Positions 12,101 through 24,100 of a stretch of DNA of 64,000 nt are shown in pieces; the first letter of the stretch is position 1; each line of letters starts with the position of its first letter. The stretch comes from Vicugna vicugna (taxonomy: Eukaryota), in assembly GCA_013265495.1 (NCBI GenBank), contig MU061804.1, positions 186,001 through 250,000 of the forward strand. Reading direction: 5' to 3'. The notes under the pieces were generated by a model. That model worked only from the letters and a program-made list of their open reading frames with translations. It was not told the DNA's origin and ran no database searches. Both the position numbers and the translations under genes were made by a program.

Positions 12101-15100
12101 GAGGTGTGTCACATCACGCACACTAGGGGGCGGGGTCACCCCCGCCCGGAAGGGTGACCTGGATGCGAGGTTTGCTGGGCCCCCGCAGGAAGGCTCGCAG
12201 CTGAAATCTGTAGTTTTCTCCTGTTCCTTCTTCAGCATTGCTAGAGAGAGGATTGAGGTGGTTGGATTTTTTTTCTTTTTTCAACCTATAAAGAAATAAT
12301 TGCTCCTGGACTAGAAACACATTCTGACTTCCTAGGACTATGCCGAGTGACGTGCCTGCCGGGCTGCTTGTAGCCGCCTGCTGTGCCCCAGCCAGTCCGG
12401 GAGGCCTTGGTCTCAGGGCAGGTGGAACACGTGGCTGTCCGTGGGGAGGAGGGTTCTTCCCAATAAAGCCCAGGGGCATCTGCCGCACAGGACGTCTCCG
12501 ACCGAAGCCTTATCAGGGAGGAGGGGTGCCTCCCTGGGGACACTGGGCAACTGGTGTCTGTCACGAGGGCAAAGGTGGGCCTCCTGTCGCTTTCTAAATG
12601 AGGAAATAACCTCTGATGCCCTCTCCGGGGCCCTGAAACACGCCACAGTCTGGGCCCAGCTGTCTGGAGGGATGTGTTCCTTTTGGGCTCTCTGTGCGAT
12701 TTGAGTCCTGGAGAGAGGTCCCTCCCACTCTCGTCTCTGTTTGCGCCCACCCCGTCGTCCTGCCTCCCCCTGCCCTATGCTGCATAGTCCAGAAAGACAT
12801 GAGAGACCAAGGTCTCCTTCCTGAGTTGAGTTGTCGCTGTAGCTGATGCTCCTGCCTCTGCTGACACCAGTGTGTGGACACCGACACCAGGGCTCCTGCT
12901 TGTGGGCACTGTGTTGGCATGACTTGCTGCTGCACCTTGCATTCATTTTGTACCTGTCAAAGGTTTTTTTCCTGTCTTCTTAACTTATTTTTTTCCTTCT
13001 CATTTCCCTTCATTCTGGTTATTTTATAATCTCCANNNNNNNNNNNNNNNNNNNNNNNNNNNNNNNNNNNNNNNNNNNNNNNNNNNNNNNNNNNNNNNNN
13101 NNNNNNNNNNNNNNNNNNNNNNNNNNNNNNNNNNNNNNNNNNNNNNNNNNNNNNNNNNNNNNNNNNNGAGCCCTGTCTGTGTAGATAAAACCTGGTTTGT
13201 TCTGAGTGTCTCGGTAATGGACACAGCCAGTATGTGCCACAGGGTAACTTCTTTCTGAGGTTGTCTGAATTTTGTTACTGAGTTTCTAGGTCGCTGTTTA
13301 GAATGTTGTGTGAAAGCGTACTCAGTACATCTCAAGTGGCTGCTCTAGAGTACAGAGGCCTGTGTCCGTGGAGAACCACAGGAGTACCTTCAGATCAGAA
13401 TCTGTCCAAGTTCTTTGGTTGGATGGGCATGCAATTGTATAAAACAGACTCAGGGCTCCTCCCGGCTGTCAGCTGATGTCAGTGCCGAGTGCTGTGCGGG
13501 CCTGTGTGGCACCATCACTGCGCTGGTTGGATGCCCCAGACACAGATTGCTTTGTGAGGGTCAGCCTCACTCACGGGGAGGGTAGTGTGCCCTCGGGAGG
13601 TGGGGCTAGGAGGCACTGGCCTGATGTGTGCGCCTCCCCCCAGGGCTCGATAAAGAAGGAGTTCCCACAGAACCTGGGGGGCAGNNNNNNNNNNNNNNNN
13701 NNNNNNNNNNNNNNNNNNNNNNNNNNNNNNNNNNNNNNNNNNNNNNNNNNNNNNNNNNNNNNNNNNNNNNNNNNNNNNNNNNNNNNNNNNNNNNNNNNNN
13801 NNNNNNNNNNNNNNNNCGACCTTGAGGGCGGTGAGTCTGGGGTGCCTTTCTCCGTTCGAGTGCATCTTGGGGCCTCTCACTGCATTCTCACGTGCACATC
13901 TTTTCGTTCGGTGCCTCCCCCCTCTATTCTTTGCATTTTCTCTAAGACTCCTCCTTAGCTTCTGCGCAGTCACCAGTCTGTATCAGATTACTTGTAACAA
14001 TGGTGAGAAGGATGTGCGTTTACCTCAGTCATTTCTCGGCTTCACAGACTCCTCTAGAGGCCTTAAGATACAGGGACCCAGTGAGAATAGGTCCTTTCTG
14101 TCTTTACTTTGGAGAAGAATCCCAGGCTTATAGGAGTCACATTTCTTGCCTGTGGTCCAGTGTTCCCTTTCCCTGTCCTCCTACTTGAGCTTCCTGAAGA
14201 CGACTGCCCTCTCCAGCATCAGCCTCTCTCTGATGAATTGCTCAGGGCCTAATCTGAGTTACTATGCTGTTCAAGCCCAGGCCTTTTGTGATGTTTGCTG
14301 GTTTTAGAGTGGAATGACCTTGATAAAGCAGAAGGTGGAGAATCATGCAGATAGGTAATGAAACCTGAAAGAGAGGCAGACAGAGGCAGGTCTGCCACCT
14401 GAAGACCCTTTGAGGTTAATTGAAAAAGGTCACAGAGGCTCTGATGGTTCCTAGTCCCATTCCTACAGGAAGTGGAAGGAACTTCATGAGAGGCAACCCC
14501 ACTGAGTCAGAAGCAGTAGAAAGAACTAGACTAGGAGGGAGGGGGGTGGATCCCCATGGGGTGGTGTCAGGTCACCACGCTGACGAGCTACTTCACGGCT
14601 GCGGAGGCTGCAGGGTAACCTCCTGCAGGAGGGGCACCGCGCGCCATCCTGGCTGTCAGAATAGTTAGTCTCCAGACAGGTCTGTCCCAGGGAGGCAGGA
14701 AGGAGCCGGTGGTGACTGGAAGCAGGCGGACTCACCACTCTGGCAGCCAGCCCTCCGTTCTGCCCCGCAAGGGGAGAGTTGGGACAGTTGTCCGCACTGC
14801 TGGGGGTCAGACTCTGCCCCCGTCCCCAACACCTGGTTTTGGGTAACATCTTTGATCTCCAAAGGTAGGAGTTGACGGAGGGAGCCCATCCAGTGCTTTT
14901 AACTGTCCTCCATGCTTGGGTCATTCTCTTTGGCCCCCTCTCTGACGTCTGCCTGGACAGTCCCTCACGCTCCAGCTACCTGATCCTTGAGCACTCTGCC
15001 CGTAGGTCATGCCCCATGTTCCCTTGAGGACGCAGATGAAGGGTCATGGGAGCTTGCACTCCCATCAGGGAACGCAGGTGAGATGGTGTGAAAGTGACCG

Positions 15101-18100
15101 GGGCTGAGGGCGCAGCGCAGAGTGTAACAGGGTTCAGCGGGGAAGCTCATGGGGCTCAGCAGTTCCGGGAGCACCGTCCCTGTCCTTATGGGAGTCTGAG
15201 CTGGTGGGAAAGGACGAGATGGGGGCGCAGCCAAGGAGGGACTCACCTGTTGAGTGCGGCATTCCCAACAGTGGGTCAGCAGCATATGTGTGTAACAGAG
15301 TACAACTCACCCATAAAAAAGAAGGATATTTTGCCATTTGTGGTCCTTCATTCAATTTTTCTTCTTTTCACTTCAAAAACCAGAATTTTATAACTGGCAT
15401 AAACATTTCCATTGCATCAAAAACAACAAAATACCTAGAAATAAACTTAACCAACGGGGTTTCCCGTACTCTGACAACTGTAAAACATTGACGAAGGAAA
15501 TTGAAGATGATACAAAGAAATGGAAAGATATCTTGTGCTCTTGGATTGGAAGAATCAATATTAATCAAAAAGTCTCTACTACCCAAAGCAATCTACAGAT
15601 CCAGTGCAGCCCCTGTCAGAATACTTGTGACATTTTTCACAGAACTAGAATAAACAATTCCAAAATTTGTACAGAACCACGAAAGACCCCGAGTTGCCAA
15701 AGCAATCTTTTGTAGGTCTTTTTTTTCCCCCCTATTTTTTGATTACTAATTCACTCTTCTTAGTCAACATTGGTCTGTTCAGATTTTCTGCTTCTTTATG
15801 ACAGACCTGATGGGTTGTGTGTTTCTAGGTGACCCAGCTTTTGGCCCATGATTGTTTATAATAGTTTCTCGTGATCCTTTGTGTTTCTGTGGTGTCAGTT
15901 GTAATGTCTTCTCTTTCACTTCCAATTTTGAGTCTTCTGTCTCTTTTTCTGAATTAGTATAATAAAGGTTTGTCAATTTTGTTTCTCTTTTCAAAAAAAA
16001 ACAACTCTTAGTTTCATTGATCTTTTTTATTGTATTTTTGGTTAGGTTCTCTAGTTTTGAGAACAGGAAAGTTCATTTGTCAAAGGAACTGCTCCCCAGA
16101 TGAGAAGGAGGAGTGGGGTTACTCCTGTTCCAACAGTTTCTGTAGTAGGATCTATCCTTTAATTTTCAAAAGCCTTGGCTCTAACTGGGAGTAAAGAAAG
16201 AGTTGGGGGGAAAATGGCCCTTCGTGACTGAATCCCACTACCAGCTTCATGGGAAAATGTTTTTCACACTCTTGACCCCACCCACGGAGAGGCATACGTG
16301 TTACACCGGGACCTGGAGGTCCTGGGCGGCACAGCTGAGACCTGTGGGAAGTAACGCTTGACTGACGGTGCCACTGTGCACTCTGATGCTTCTTAGTTTT
16401 ATTCTGTTTCATTCTAGTCACAGTTCATTGTAGGATTTTTTTTTTTTGGTTGGTTCTGTATTGTTTTTTAATGCTGATCCTGGCCCACTAGGGGTCAAAG
16501 CTGCAGTTTGGTGATGGCTTGTGGGGGGAACAGGAGGGGTTCTGGCAGAGTTAACGGTCAGTGCCACCCCACCCCCAGCAGCCTTCACGCCTCCACCACT
16601 TGTGTTCATTCTTGGTTTCTCCAGAAATGCCCCTCTGGCCTTGCATGTGGCCACACTTTGTTCTCCACACACTGCCGCTTTGTCTGCTGGCCCTCCCACG
16701 CAGGCTTGTCTCTTCTCTCAGCCCTGATTGGGGTATGGCTCCGTGGCCTCCACACATCCGGGAGAGAAGGGCCTGGCCTCCCTGAACAGGAACCCTTGGC
16801 CTGGGAAAGGCTGGGGCTGGGGGATGGGGACTAGGGCATCAAGCTCAGATTTCCAGAACCTGCCCGCTCCCTCTTACTCCGCCTCTTGGTGCCTGCAGGT
16901 AAATTCTACTGCAAACCACACTACTGTTACCGGCTGTCCGGCTCTGCACAGAGGAAGAGACCAGCAGTGGCTCCTCTGTCTGGAAAGGTAATAGTGATTC
17001 GTCCTGGTGGCGGTGGGGGTAGCAGGTGCCATTCCAGTGCAGTAACAGGTCAGGGTGTGGCCTGTAGGCAGGCCCTGAATGGCCGCTGAATTGCCTTTCC
17101 TGTGAATGGGGACGGTCTGAGAGACGGTCACAGTCCTGTTTGGGGAGGGAACGATGTTTCAAGCGTAATCTCATGTTATATCTCACCAAAGTAACGTTCC
17201 ATCACCACCGAAGTTGGATTTGGAAACCGTGTCAGGCCCTCCTTTCTGCTCACTGTGTGCAAAAGAAGCCTCTGCCTCCAGAAATAAGTACCTTTCTGAG
17301 AGGAGGACACTGAAAAAGGACTTGGCTATAAGTAAAAGCTCTGCGGCCAGTTCCTTTAACTTTACTTCGGGAATTATGTATCTTCTTTTTGTTTAATGAG
17401 AGTAATCAGCCCCTGCCCCATCTTTGTCGGGGAAGCTGGGTGCCCTCTTCACCATGTGGTGTTGCCGTGTTGGCCTGTGGGCTTCCGCTGACTGCACAGG
17501 GCCTGTGGGAAAGGGGTCCCGGGTGGTCCAGACTGTGTCCCGACGTGACTCCAGCTGCCTGGTGGAGCCGGCCTCCTGAGATGGGGGTGTTCCACTCAGT
17601 CCCTCTTCCTCTCTCGCGGACTCTCTTAGGAGGCCAGGGCGCCCCTGCAGGACGGCCCCGCCACAGACACCAGCGGACGGCCCAGCGCCGGTGCCAGCCC
17701 TGCCGAGAGAACTCCAGGTAGCCTCACTTCCTTGTTTGGCTGGGTGGTGCGTCACTCTCTCGGCCTCTGTGACAAGGCCAAGGGGATGAGCCAGCACTTC
17801 CAAAACAACATCTCCTCGATTGGGCATCAGGTGGCCCAAAACCCTCTGGACTCCTTTTTCATGTGCCAGCTGCTTGCATTTGGAGTCCCTTTTCTCTATG
17901 GCCTGTCAGAGGTGCTGGTACAAATCAGAGGGGAGTTTCACTGGCAGACTGTGAGCCAGTAGGGGTGGCACCGCCAGGCTCGGCCTCGCCCATGCAGAAT
18001 CTCCAGGTTAGACCGCTGCAGCCCTGGGACCCGCCCACACCCGTCAGACACCTTGGGGGTTGGCCCAGGCCCTGTCAGGTAAACAGGAGTTCCGAACGGG

Positions 18101-21100
18101 CTGCTGTTAGCGCTGACCCCAGCGAGGCAGCAGGCTCCTCAGACACAGAGCATGGAATGGGACAAGGCCCGTGATCCGGAAGTGTGTCCACTTCCACTTT
18201 CCTCCGTCCTCTGGCCTCTTCCTTGCTTAGGCATCTAGATGAGCTGGCTCTGCTCTTCCCTCTCCCCTGCAGCCCCTGAAGGACATGCCTGTCCTGGCTG
18301 TTTGAGGGCATTCACACTCCTCACGAGGGTCAGGCCCTGATTTGTCCCACTTTCACTAACCACTTCTTATGTCAGGAGGTGAGTGCCACCACCCGCAGCT
18401 CTAAAAACACATTTATTCTGGCCTTGGAGGGCAAGAGACGGAATGGCTCGGGGGCACCAGGCTTGTTGTGAAGAGTCGTGTATTTTTGCTTAAGATCACC
18501 TCTGTCAACGCCCTGTCAAACCAGCCTGTGAGGTGGGGCCACTGTTCCACAGACATGGGTGGTCCTGACAACCTGCACGGCCCCAGGCTGCTCACGGCCC
18601 AGGGTCACTGTAGCCAGTGGGGAGCAGTCATCAAGGTCACGTTTCTGCTTACCACAGTATCAAAGCAAACCTATCTCAAGCAGTCATTTATAGACTCTTA
18701 GAAATCACCCTATAAAAACCACATAAAGATGATCAGCTAAGGCCAGAAACTGGAGAGGGCGTTGGGGTGGAATTTCCACAGTGGGGAAAAAAGAGAAATT
18801 ATTCACTCCGCCTTCAGATGGGAGGCTCCCAGAGTCACTCCTTTCCTCATGCTTAAGAACTGACGGAATCCTTGTGGTGCTGTTCTGGGGCAGGGGGATG
18901 TGCCCTGAGGCTAGGTGGTGCCCCCGGCTGCAGTGCCAGGAGGCTGAGACGAAGCAGATCCAGTGGGGCTCGGTGAACTCGGCGTCTGCTGCTCCATGTG
19001 TCCTGCAGGTGGGACCAGCATTTTGTAGCCATGTTTAAGCCACGAGTGACTTGGTGCCTCTACAGCCTTGAACCCCTTTGTAATCTGTCTTTCTCAAAAG
19101 GGCTGACAGGCCTTGCAGCAGGGGAGCTGGCAGATGACATAAGGAAAGGGGTCTAGACAGAGACGCCGTTGTGTGCCTTTGAGCGGCTGAGCACCCCTGG
19201 GTACCCGGCAGGCGACTCAAGGCGCTAAGCCCTCCTTGTGGGCTTTGGTGCAGAGCGCCTTCTAAAGAGCGAGGCCCGCGGAGGTCAGGCCAAGTGAGCT
19301 GAGTACCCACCACCCAGCTCAGTTTGCCGGCCTTACTGTCTGCTTTGAGAGCGTGGGGCTTCAGGTTTTTAGGAGTCGTGGAGAATTCAGGGCTGTGTAG
19401 AGGAGAAGACAGTATGAAGCAGGGAGAGATGATGAGAGCTGGTGATGTGGTAAAGTCACGACAACTAAGGCAGAAGCGGCCCAAGGACGTTCTTGATTCT
19501 GAAGGTGACGTGCCTCTCACAGCGCAGGGGTGTCGAGATACGGCCCTAGGGCCGCCGCAGCCTGAGCCCCAGTTAGAGGTGCCCTCTGGGCTGTGGGAAA
19601 GCCAGCGCCGAGGGCCTGAGAGTGAGAGGTTCAGTTGTTTCAGAGGCTTCAGCCTCTGGAGACCTGTGTGGACCTGGGTGGGCGTCTGACCTGCCCAGCC
19701 TCCGCAGAGGAGGAGCAGGGTCACAGGTGTGTTCTATCCTTGGCATGAAATCGACTTCTTTTTCTTCTTTAATGGGGATTTCTTTTTTTAAATCCCAAAT
19801 TAAAGCTTTGACTGGTTAGCTAGAACTTCCTTTTGAAAAGCTTCAGGAGAACTCAGGTGTTCTATGGCTCCAGGCCGTGTCCTGGGCAGTGGTCGTCGCC
19901 CCAGGTCCCTGGCCCACATTCTCAGCTGCGCGTGTAGGGGTGTGACTCCTGCCCCCCGGGTGGAGCTGGAAGACCTGTGACTGGGTGGCACTGGTTGTTC
20001 TGTGCCCCCGTTTCCCTCTTCTCTCGTACATTCTTTTTCTCATGCACCAAAATTACTGCCATTGCAAAAAAACAAACATAGCCCACAAGTTAGAGGAACC
20101 TAGTCCTGCATTGTCTGTCTCTGGCAGCCTTGCCTACAGCTGCTGCCTGCTTTAGTGTCTTTGTAATGTGCTTTAAATATAGAAACCTCTCTTTTGTCCT
20201 CAGTATCTGTAATGCTTCGTTTCCAAGCTGCTGATACTGACTAATGCAGATCAGTGGGCCTGGCCAGGACTCTCTTACCCTGGCCTCACAGTCCTGCCCT
20301 GACTGTAGGAAGCCTTTGGACAACAACAGTCAGAGAAAGAAAACCCCCAAGTTGGGTCTTATCCCCGTGAATACAAGACCCTCAGTTGCAGGTTTTAGGT
20401 CCTTGTCTCGTGCAGAGGCACCCCCTCGACATCTGAGATGGGGGGAACCATAAATGAAGCAGACAGCCCTGGGCACCACAGGAAAGGATGGGAGCTTCTC
20501 AGCACAGGGACAGAGATGGGGTGGGAGAAGCAGTCCCTCGTCTGCCATCTTCCGGAAAGATGACAAAAGACTGCCTTGCTGTGGCAGGTGCCTGCCCCGT
20601 CCCCAGACACCCCTGCACGGTCACCCCTGGGTTCCATAGTTTGGATGCTGAATGAGCCATTAAGAAATGCAGGCATTCGCCACCACACCAGCTAGAACAG
20701 CCACTTGCTATGAGGAATTCCATTTCTGGGTTCCGGCCGTCAGGAGGACATTACGAGATCTTCCCACTGCTTCTCAAGCCCTCTTCCCTTATAGGCATTT
20801 CTGGAAAACCTATTAGTAGAGCAGAGAATTTGGTACCCAGCTTAAACCCCCAGCCCTACCCTGAGTCACGGTAAATGGTGATCTGTGAACATTTACATAC
20901 ATACACGTGTGTGTTTATGCAGGTTGAATTTCACCTGCAGTAGATGTTTATGTGTTGTGTCCTAAGCAACAATGACAGTACTGGTGACGCTTTTTCTAAG
21001 CGTCTTGTTCCCTGGTTCTGGAAGGCAAGGGGGCATTTCCCCTGGCCAGCTGTGCCTGACCTGGAGTAGTCTTTCGGAGGGCCGGAGCAGCCAGGCACAC

Positions 21101-24100
21101 TGGTGCACGGGAGACTTCAGGGTGAGCGTCTCGGAAAGTGAGCGGTGCACATGCCCACCCCCCGAAAGTGACTTACAAGAACCCCAAGAGCCACTTGGCG
21201 TTCAGTGTGTGGCCTCCCCGGGCCGTTCCTCAGCTTGCTGCTGTCTCTTGATGTGCACTGTGTCTGTAGGACAGTGGGACATTCCCAGACCCTCCTGAAA
21301 GGAGCATCAGCTTGGCCTTGAAGGCCTGACCAGTGAATTAAGGGGTTCGGTACCCCTTTCCTGGGCTGTTGAGGTAGGGAAGAGAGCAGGCGGCTCAGAG
21401 AGGCCAGGGCTTTGCCAGGAAGGCCGCACCCGTCCACCTCTGGCCTCGTGTTTGCCCTTGTTGCTAACCTGTGTTCCTCTGAGTTTCGGTGTGTATCTTT
21501 GTGAGTTGTTTTTTTTAATTGTGTAACGTTGTTTCTCCGTTACTGTGAAACTAAGGTGTTATGCTTTTAATTTTTTTTAACAAATGTTATCCTTCTTATT
21601 TAAGAGAATAAATTCCAAACACTCTTCAGGTTTCTGAGTATTTCTTTTCCTCCGCTTTTTCCTGATTGGAGGGTGGGAAAGGGTCGCTCAGGGAGTGGGC
21701 CTGAAACCGTCGTGCCTCCGGACTCTCAATCCTGGGCCAGGGTCAGGAGAGAGTGTACGTGTGTTAAAATGGGGAAATAGCATGTATATACCTAAAACGT
21801 AGGTTCCCGTTAACAAAAGGGTGGCATGGTGGGAGACATTCAGCTTTGTAGCAGCTGCAGGTAGGAGAGAGTGAGAAAGATGCCCCCCGTGCCCCACATT
21901 CAGTCAGCCAGTGCGAGGGACCGAGGGCTGGAGCCGGTGGAGGGACAGGAGACCACACTGAGCCTGCGTCTGCTTGGGGCGAGGAGCCCAGCGCTGCTCC
22001 TGTTTCTGACTCTAGCCACTGCCCTGGGGGCCGGGAGCAGTTAGGTGTCTCTGTTCTGCCTTGAGGCTTTCCTAAATGTAACAGCCAGGCAGGGGTTCAG
22101 GAGGACTCCTCATCAAGATTCGGAAGTTAGTCCTTTCCTTGCAACTTACATCCAGCCCAGCACCTAGCAAGTGCCCGCAAGGAGATGAGTCACAAGTGCT
22201 GCAGGCAGGGGAGGCAGCCAGGTCAGGCCTCTGCAGCCGTGTGCTGGGCGTGCCTCTTCACCACTTGTACAGGGGGTGGGGGTTGGGTTTGCTCAGGAAA
22301 CCTCCCAGCACCTGGGAGGGGAGGCAGGGCCACTTCAGGTGTTCCCAGGTTTCACCAGTGCACGAGCACCGCCTCGTGTTGACGTCCCGCGGCCCGGCTT
22401 CCGCACAGCTCTGCAGACGTTGCGATCGTTCCCTGAGTGTTCCTGAGGCACCTTACGGATCTGCAGGGACAGCGGGTGAGAGGTTGAGCCACTGCCCACA
22501 CCCGGCCCCTGACTCAAGCCAAGCAAACTCCACCTTGCCTTTGCTGATGTCCTTCCCTCTCCACGGGTGTACACAGGTGTGGCCAGAGGGCCCCAAAGTG
22601 AGGAAGGCTCGCCACTGACAGAGGCCCCTCTTTGGCACTCTGGGGGCACCTCCCGGCAGGGGAGCAGGCTGAGCAGGCGCCTGGGGCCGTGCTAACGATT
22701 ACTGGGAGAATCCTCACCGCAGAGTCGGGTTTCTGTCTCCTCGTGTGTGTTCTGATTTACCTCTGTCTCTGTGCTTGTCAGCTCACTGTGATTGTACGTT
22801 AATCGCATGAAACTGTCCCTAGTGTGTGTCTTCAGTGATGGAGTCCCTGCTCTGCATTTCCGTAGAGGGTCAGGATGATTTCCAGGGCATCGCTGCTGTT
22901 CCATGGTGTCCTTGCCCAGAATTGTAGGTCTTTGATAGCCGCTTTTGCTGAGGAGCCCAGGTCACCAGAGAAGCCTGCTTCCCTGAGGTGCCAAAGCCGC
23001 CTTGCCTGCACCCTGGGTCCTGGTGTCACTGGGCTTCCACCAGAGCCAACCGCCCGGAAAGGTCGGCCACCCTGAGGGTCCCTGGAGACCCTCTGCCAAG
23101 TGTGGAGCGGGGACACCAGATGGACCTGGGCCTTAAACGGACACGACAGAATCGGGGCTGTTTCACTGCAAAGGTCTCAGTAAATACGTTTTCATTCAGC
23201 GCTCGTGTTCTTTCAAGGTAACGAAACCGGGCCTTATGTGAATGTGACCTCCGGGGAGGGAGAGCCCCCCTGCGCTTGGTAGACGGCAGAGGTCCAGCCT
23301 GGAAGGTGTGGTGGGTGGCCTCTCCTGGGACCTGAGGGAGGAGTGTTTGTGAGGCACCAGGCCTGGCCTGAGCTCAGCCTGGCGCCGAAGGAGCAGTTAC
23401 GGCAGCCTGTCCGTTCTTACTTCCCTGTTTTCTAGAACCGAGTCAGGATTAGAAAGACCAGGTTTGAGAGACCAGCTATAGAATTTCTGCCCCACCGTCT
23501 TACCAGTGACAGACTTACTGGGCTAGTAGGTTCTTCCTTTAAAAGTAAATGTTCTGCCCTAGAGTTCAGTCTAATGTGAATTACTCGAAACCAGCTCCCT
23601 GCGTGCCTTTAGCGGGGCCCTCCTTTCTTGGGGTGTCAGCATTGCTGGAGGCCCAGTAACGCTGGGACCCAGGGTGCAGGGAAGGCAGCCCCAGAGGCGC
23701 GTGGAGGCTCTGAGCCTCCGAGAAGCAGGCAGTGCTGGGCCCTAGGGTAACCGGGGGCGGGGACCAACCGACTGCAGGGCGCCAGGTCTCGCTGCCTGTG
23801 CTCCACGCAGTGAGGGCCCCTTCTCTGCTGACGTCCCCCTCAAGTGAAAGCAGGGAGTAACAACTGAAGTGCACTGACTCCTGTTGTTCCCCCCAAGTGA
23901 TTGTGCTGGTTACTTTGCCATAGCAGCCGTTGTCACTAACTCCGGGAGAGCATTCCGGAAGACGCAGGATGGCGGGCAACTGACCTGCAGCACCTGTGGC
24001 ACGTGGGGCGTTGTCAGGTGCTGTGTGCCCTCACCTCTCACCAGCCTCCCAGTGGGCTGTGAGGAGGGCGTCATCTTGCAGGGAGACAAGCACGTGGAAG

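Noticed and set aside
23353-23386. Small hairpin GGCACCAGGC...GCCTGGCGCC with an inner CTGAGCTCAG palindrome
   Set aside because: Too short for a pre-miRNA and expected by chance at this GC content.
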